From Bilabrum cf. latius (lineage: Eukaryota), in NCBI GenBank assembly GCA_965178125.1, contig OZ237750.1, positions 558,001 to 622,000 on the forward strand: a stretch of DNA of 64,000 nt, written 5' to 3'. The position numbers and the translations under genes are program-made. The notes below the pieces were generated by a model. The model was not told the origin of the DNA. It made no database searches and saw nothing but the letters and a program-made list of their open reading frames with translations. Shown here one piece after another: positions 62,401 to 64,000 of the stretch; within the stretch, counting starts at the first letter, position 1; each line of letters starts with the position of its first letter.

Positions 62401-62809
62401 GAACGCTACCAGGAGCTACATTAATGTCATCAATTGCTGCTTGTCGGAGAATGTGAATTGGTGCCCGCTGGTGTTCCAGATTAGGGCTGCCAAACAGCGG
62501 GACCACCTGCTTGGATTCAAATCCGATTTTTTCCGCCTGCTTTTGCGGCGTATCTGATCCTGCACCGAAGGAAATTTCATGATAAGTAGATGATTTTAAG
62601 TCTTATATAGAAAATGATCATCAAATTTAGACAATTAACGACCACAAACGGTGCTTACTTGGAGCCACCACTAGGCGAATAGTGCCGGTGAAGTTGCTGA
62701 GACGAAGGCACACCTCATCCAGCGATACTCTGGTCTGCAACCCTGATCCACATGAAATATATACATCTAAAGTGTCCCCAGGCGTGTCAATGGTTAGTGG
62801 GGCTGACAT
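59429..62809 (-). CDS. Kelch-repeat protein with a long disordered N-terminus
   Basis: Kelch blades PKPRWGHVS..VHGG, PSART..VVFGG, PSGRTFHT..LFGG and PSPRFGHT..LGG. The last blade is completed after TAG 59561 (HSGDLYLL); ends TAA at 59429-59431. The 5' exon (ATG 62809, intron approx. 62658-62560) is uncertain. Confidence 0.75.
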
Positions 62810-62928
62810 TTTCCTCGGTAGTCTGCGATCCAATTTTCGAAGATGTTTAGTCCACGGAGCGAATGTTCGCCAAAGTTCGCCAGGCGAGCCCAGTTCGCTG
62901 ATTTCAGATTGCCGCCCAGGTAGCAAGC

Positions 62929-64000
62929 ATGGCCTCCGTAGCGAAGGCCTCGGCGAGCTTGCTGTCGCTGGCTAAGCGTGATCTACTCTCTGTCGCCCCA
63001 ATGATGGCCTGGACGACCCGTGCTTACCGCTACTTTGTCAGAAGCTGTACGTCGAGAACGAAGTTGTACACCGAGATGTATGTGGCAGACACGATTCACT
63101 ATGCAAATGACAGGCAACTTCGCGAGCTGATGGAGTTTGAAGAAATCCAGAGGCCGCTAGCCCTGCAGCTGGGTGGCTCAGACCCGGACCGCATGCGCCA
63201 GGCGATGCGCCGGGTATTGCCGTTCGAGTACGACGAGTACAATTTGAATTGCGGGTGTCCAAGCGACAAAGTAGCCGGGAAAGGCTGCTTTGGAGCAGCG
63301 CTCATGCTTCGCCCGGAGCTAGTCCGAGATGTGGTGGGGGTCATGGTGGAGGAGGCCCGGAAATGGTCGAACGACGAGGGGAAGCCAATGCCAGAAATCA
63401 CTGTCAAGTGCAGACTCGGCGCAGACGACATGGACACGTACGCCGAATTTCGCAACTTCATCGCGGTGGTCGCAGAGACGGGGGTACGTCACTTCATAGT
63501 GCACGCTCGGAAGTGCTGGCTCAAAGGCCTCGACCCCAAGGCCAACAGGAACGTGCCCCCACTGCGGTACTCTTGGGTGCAGCGCGCCGCGCTGGACTTT
63601 CCCGGGCTGCGAATATCTGTCAATGGAGGAGTGAAGAGCCTCAGGGAGACGGATTTGTTCCTCGGACTGCGCCCTTGCCCTGGCTCCCAGGTGGGGTGCA
63701 CCGACAGAAGCGAGGGCGCTGCCAGCAGTGCCAGTGCCAGTGGGGACGGGACGAGCGAAGGCAAGCGGAGGGATGAGACAACAAGTGCCGGAGCGACGGG
63801 GGCCGGGTCATCGCTGGATCTCTCCATCAAGCCCAGGACGGCAGCAGAAGAGGCAGCCATGGCCATGCTCACCTCCCAGGACTCGGCTGGTGGCACGAGC
63901 GGCACCACGGCGAGGAAGCTCACCAAGCGAGGCGTGCAGGTGAGCAAGGACGGGCTTGGTCCCGATGCAGGCAGCAGGTGGCGTGTAAGGGACGATATTC
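62929..64000 (+). CDS. dusA: tRNA-dihydrouridine synthase, DusA-like (runs off the window end)
   Basis: LSVAPMMAWT..YRYF, LYTEM, LALQLGGSDP, NLNCGCPSDKV, FGAALM, TVKCRLG, FIVHARK, NRNVPPLRY and VNGGV. Absent from the ORF track because no stop occurs in the window. Confidence 0.92.
   Translation, partial: MASVAKASASLLSLAKRDLLSVAPMMAWTTRAYRYFVRSCTSRTKLYTEMYVADTIHYANDRQLRELMEFEEIQRPLALQLGGSDPDRMRQAMRRVLPFEYDEYNLNCGCPSDKVAGKGCFGAALMLRPELVRDVVGVMVEEARKWSNDEGKPMPEITVKCRLGADDMDTYAEFRNFIAVVAETGVRHFIVHARKCWLKGLDPKANRNVPPLRYSWVQRAALDFPGLRISVNGGVKSLRETDLFLGLRPCPGSQVGCTDRSEGAASSASASGDGTSEGKRRDETTSAGATGAGSSLDLSIKPRTAAEEAAMAMLTSQDSAGGTSGTTARKLTKRGVQVSKDGLGPDAGSRWRVRDDI

Overview
Gene-dense, GC-rich nuclear DNA of a eukaryote, probably a flagellated heterotrophic protist. 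It has short GT-AG introns and ciliary genes (TMEM17/216, NEK); the style is reminiscent of bicosoecid-type stramenopiles, but taxonomy cannot be proven from this window. The main result is a non-standard nuclear genetic code: TAG is a sense codon, most likely Gln, while TGA and TAA remain stops. By my manual count about 95 in-frame TAGs interrupt 12 otherwise intact genes, about 47 of them in one 17.4-kb reading frame containing no TAA or TGA. The supplied ORF track, which treats TAG as stop, is therefore fragmented. Re-read with TAG=Gln, the window holds about 18 genes: TTC38, GH78 alpha-L-rhamnosidase, HAD hydrolase, clan GH-A glycosidase, DUF4460/TCAIM-like protein, clathrin heavy chain, PDI, mitochondrial ACP, NEK kinase, CMC1-like, alkylglycerol monooxygenase, coiled-coil/ankyrin protein, divergent MAF1, TMEM17/216, DYRK kinase, a ~6,000-aa surface/membrane protein, a Kelch protein and a DusA-like gene. 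The giant gene has six symmetric 114-nt RCC1-like exons and a 2,442-bp internal tandem duplication. All gene models and counts were made by eye, and family calls come from recalled motifs, not database searches.
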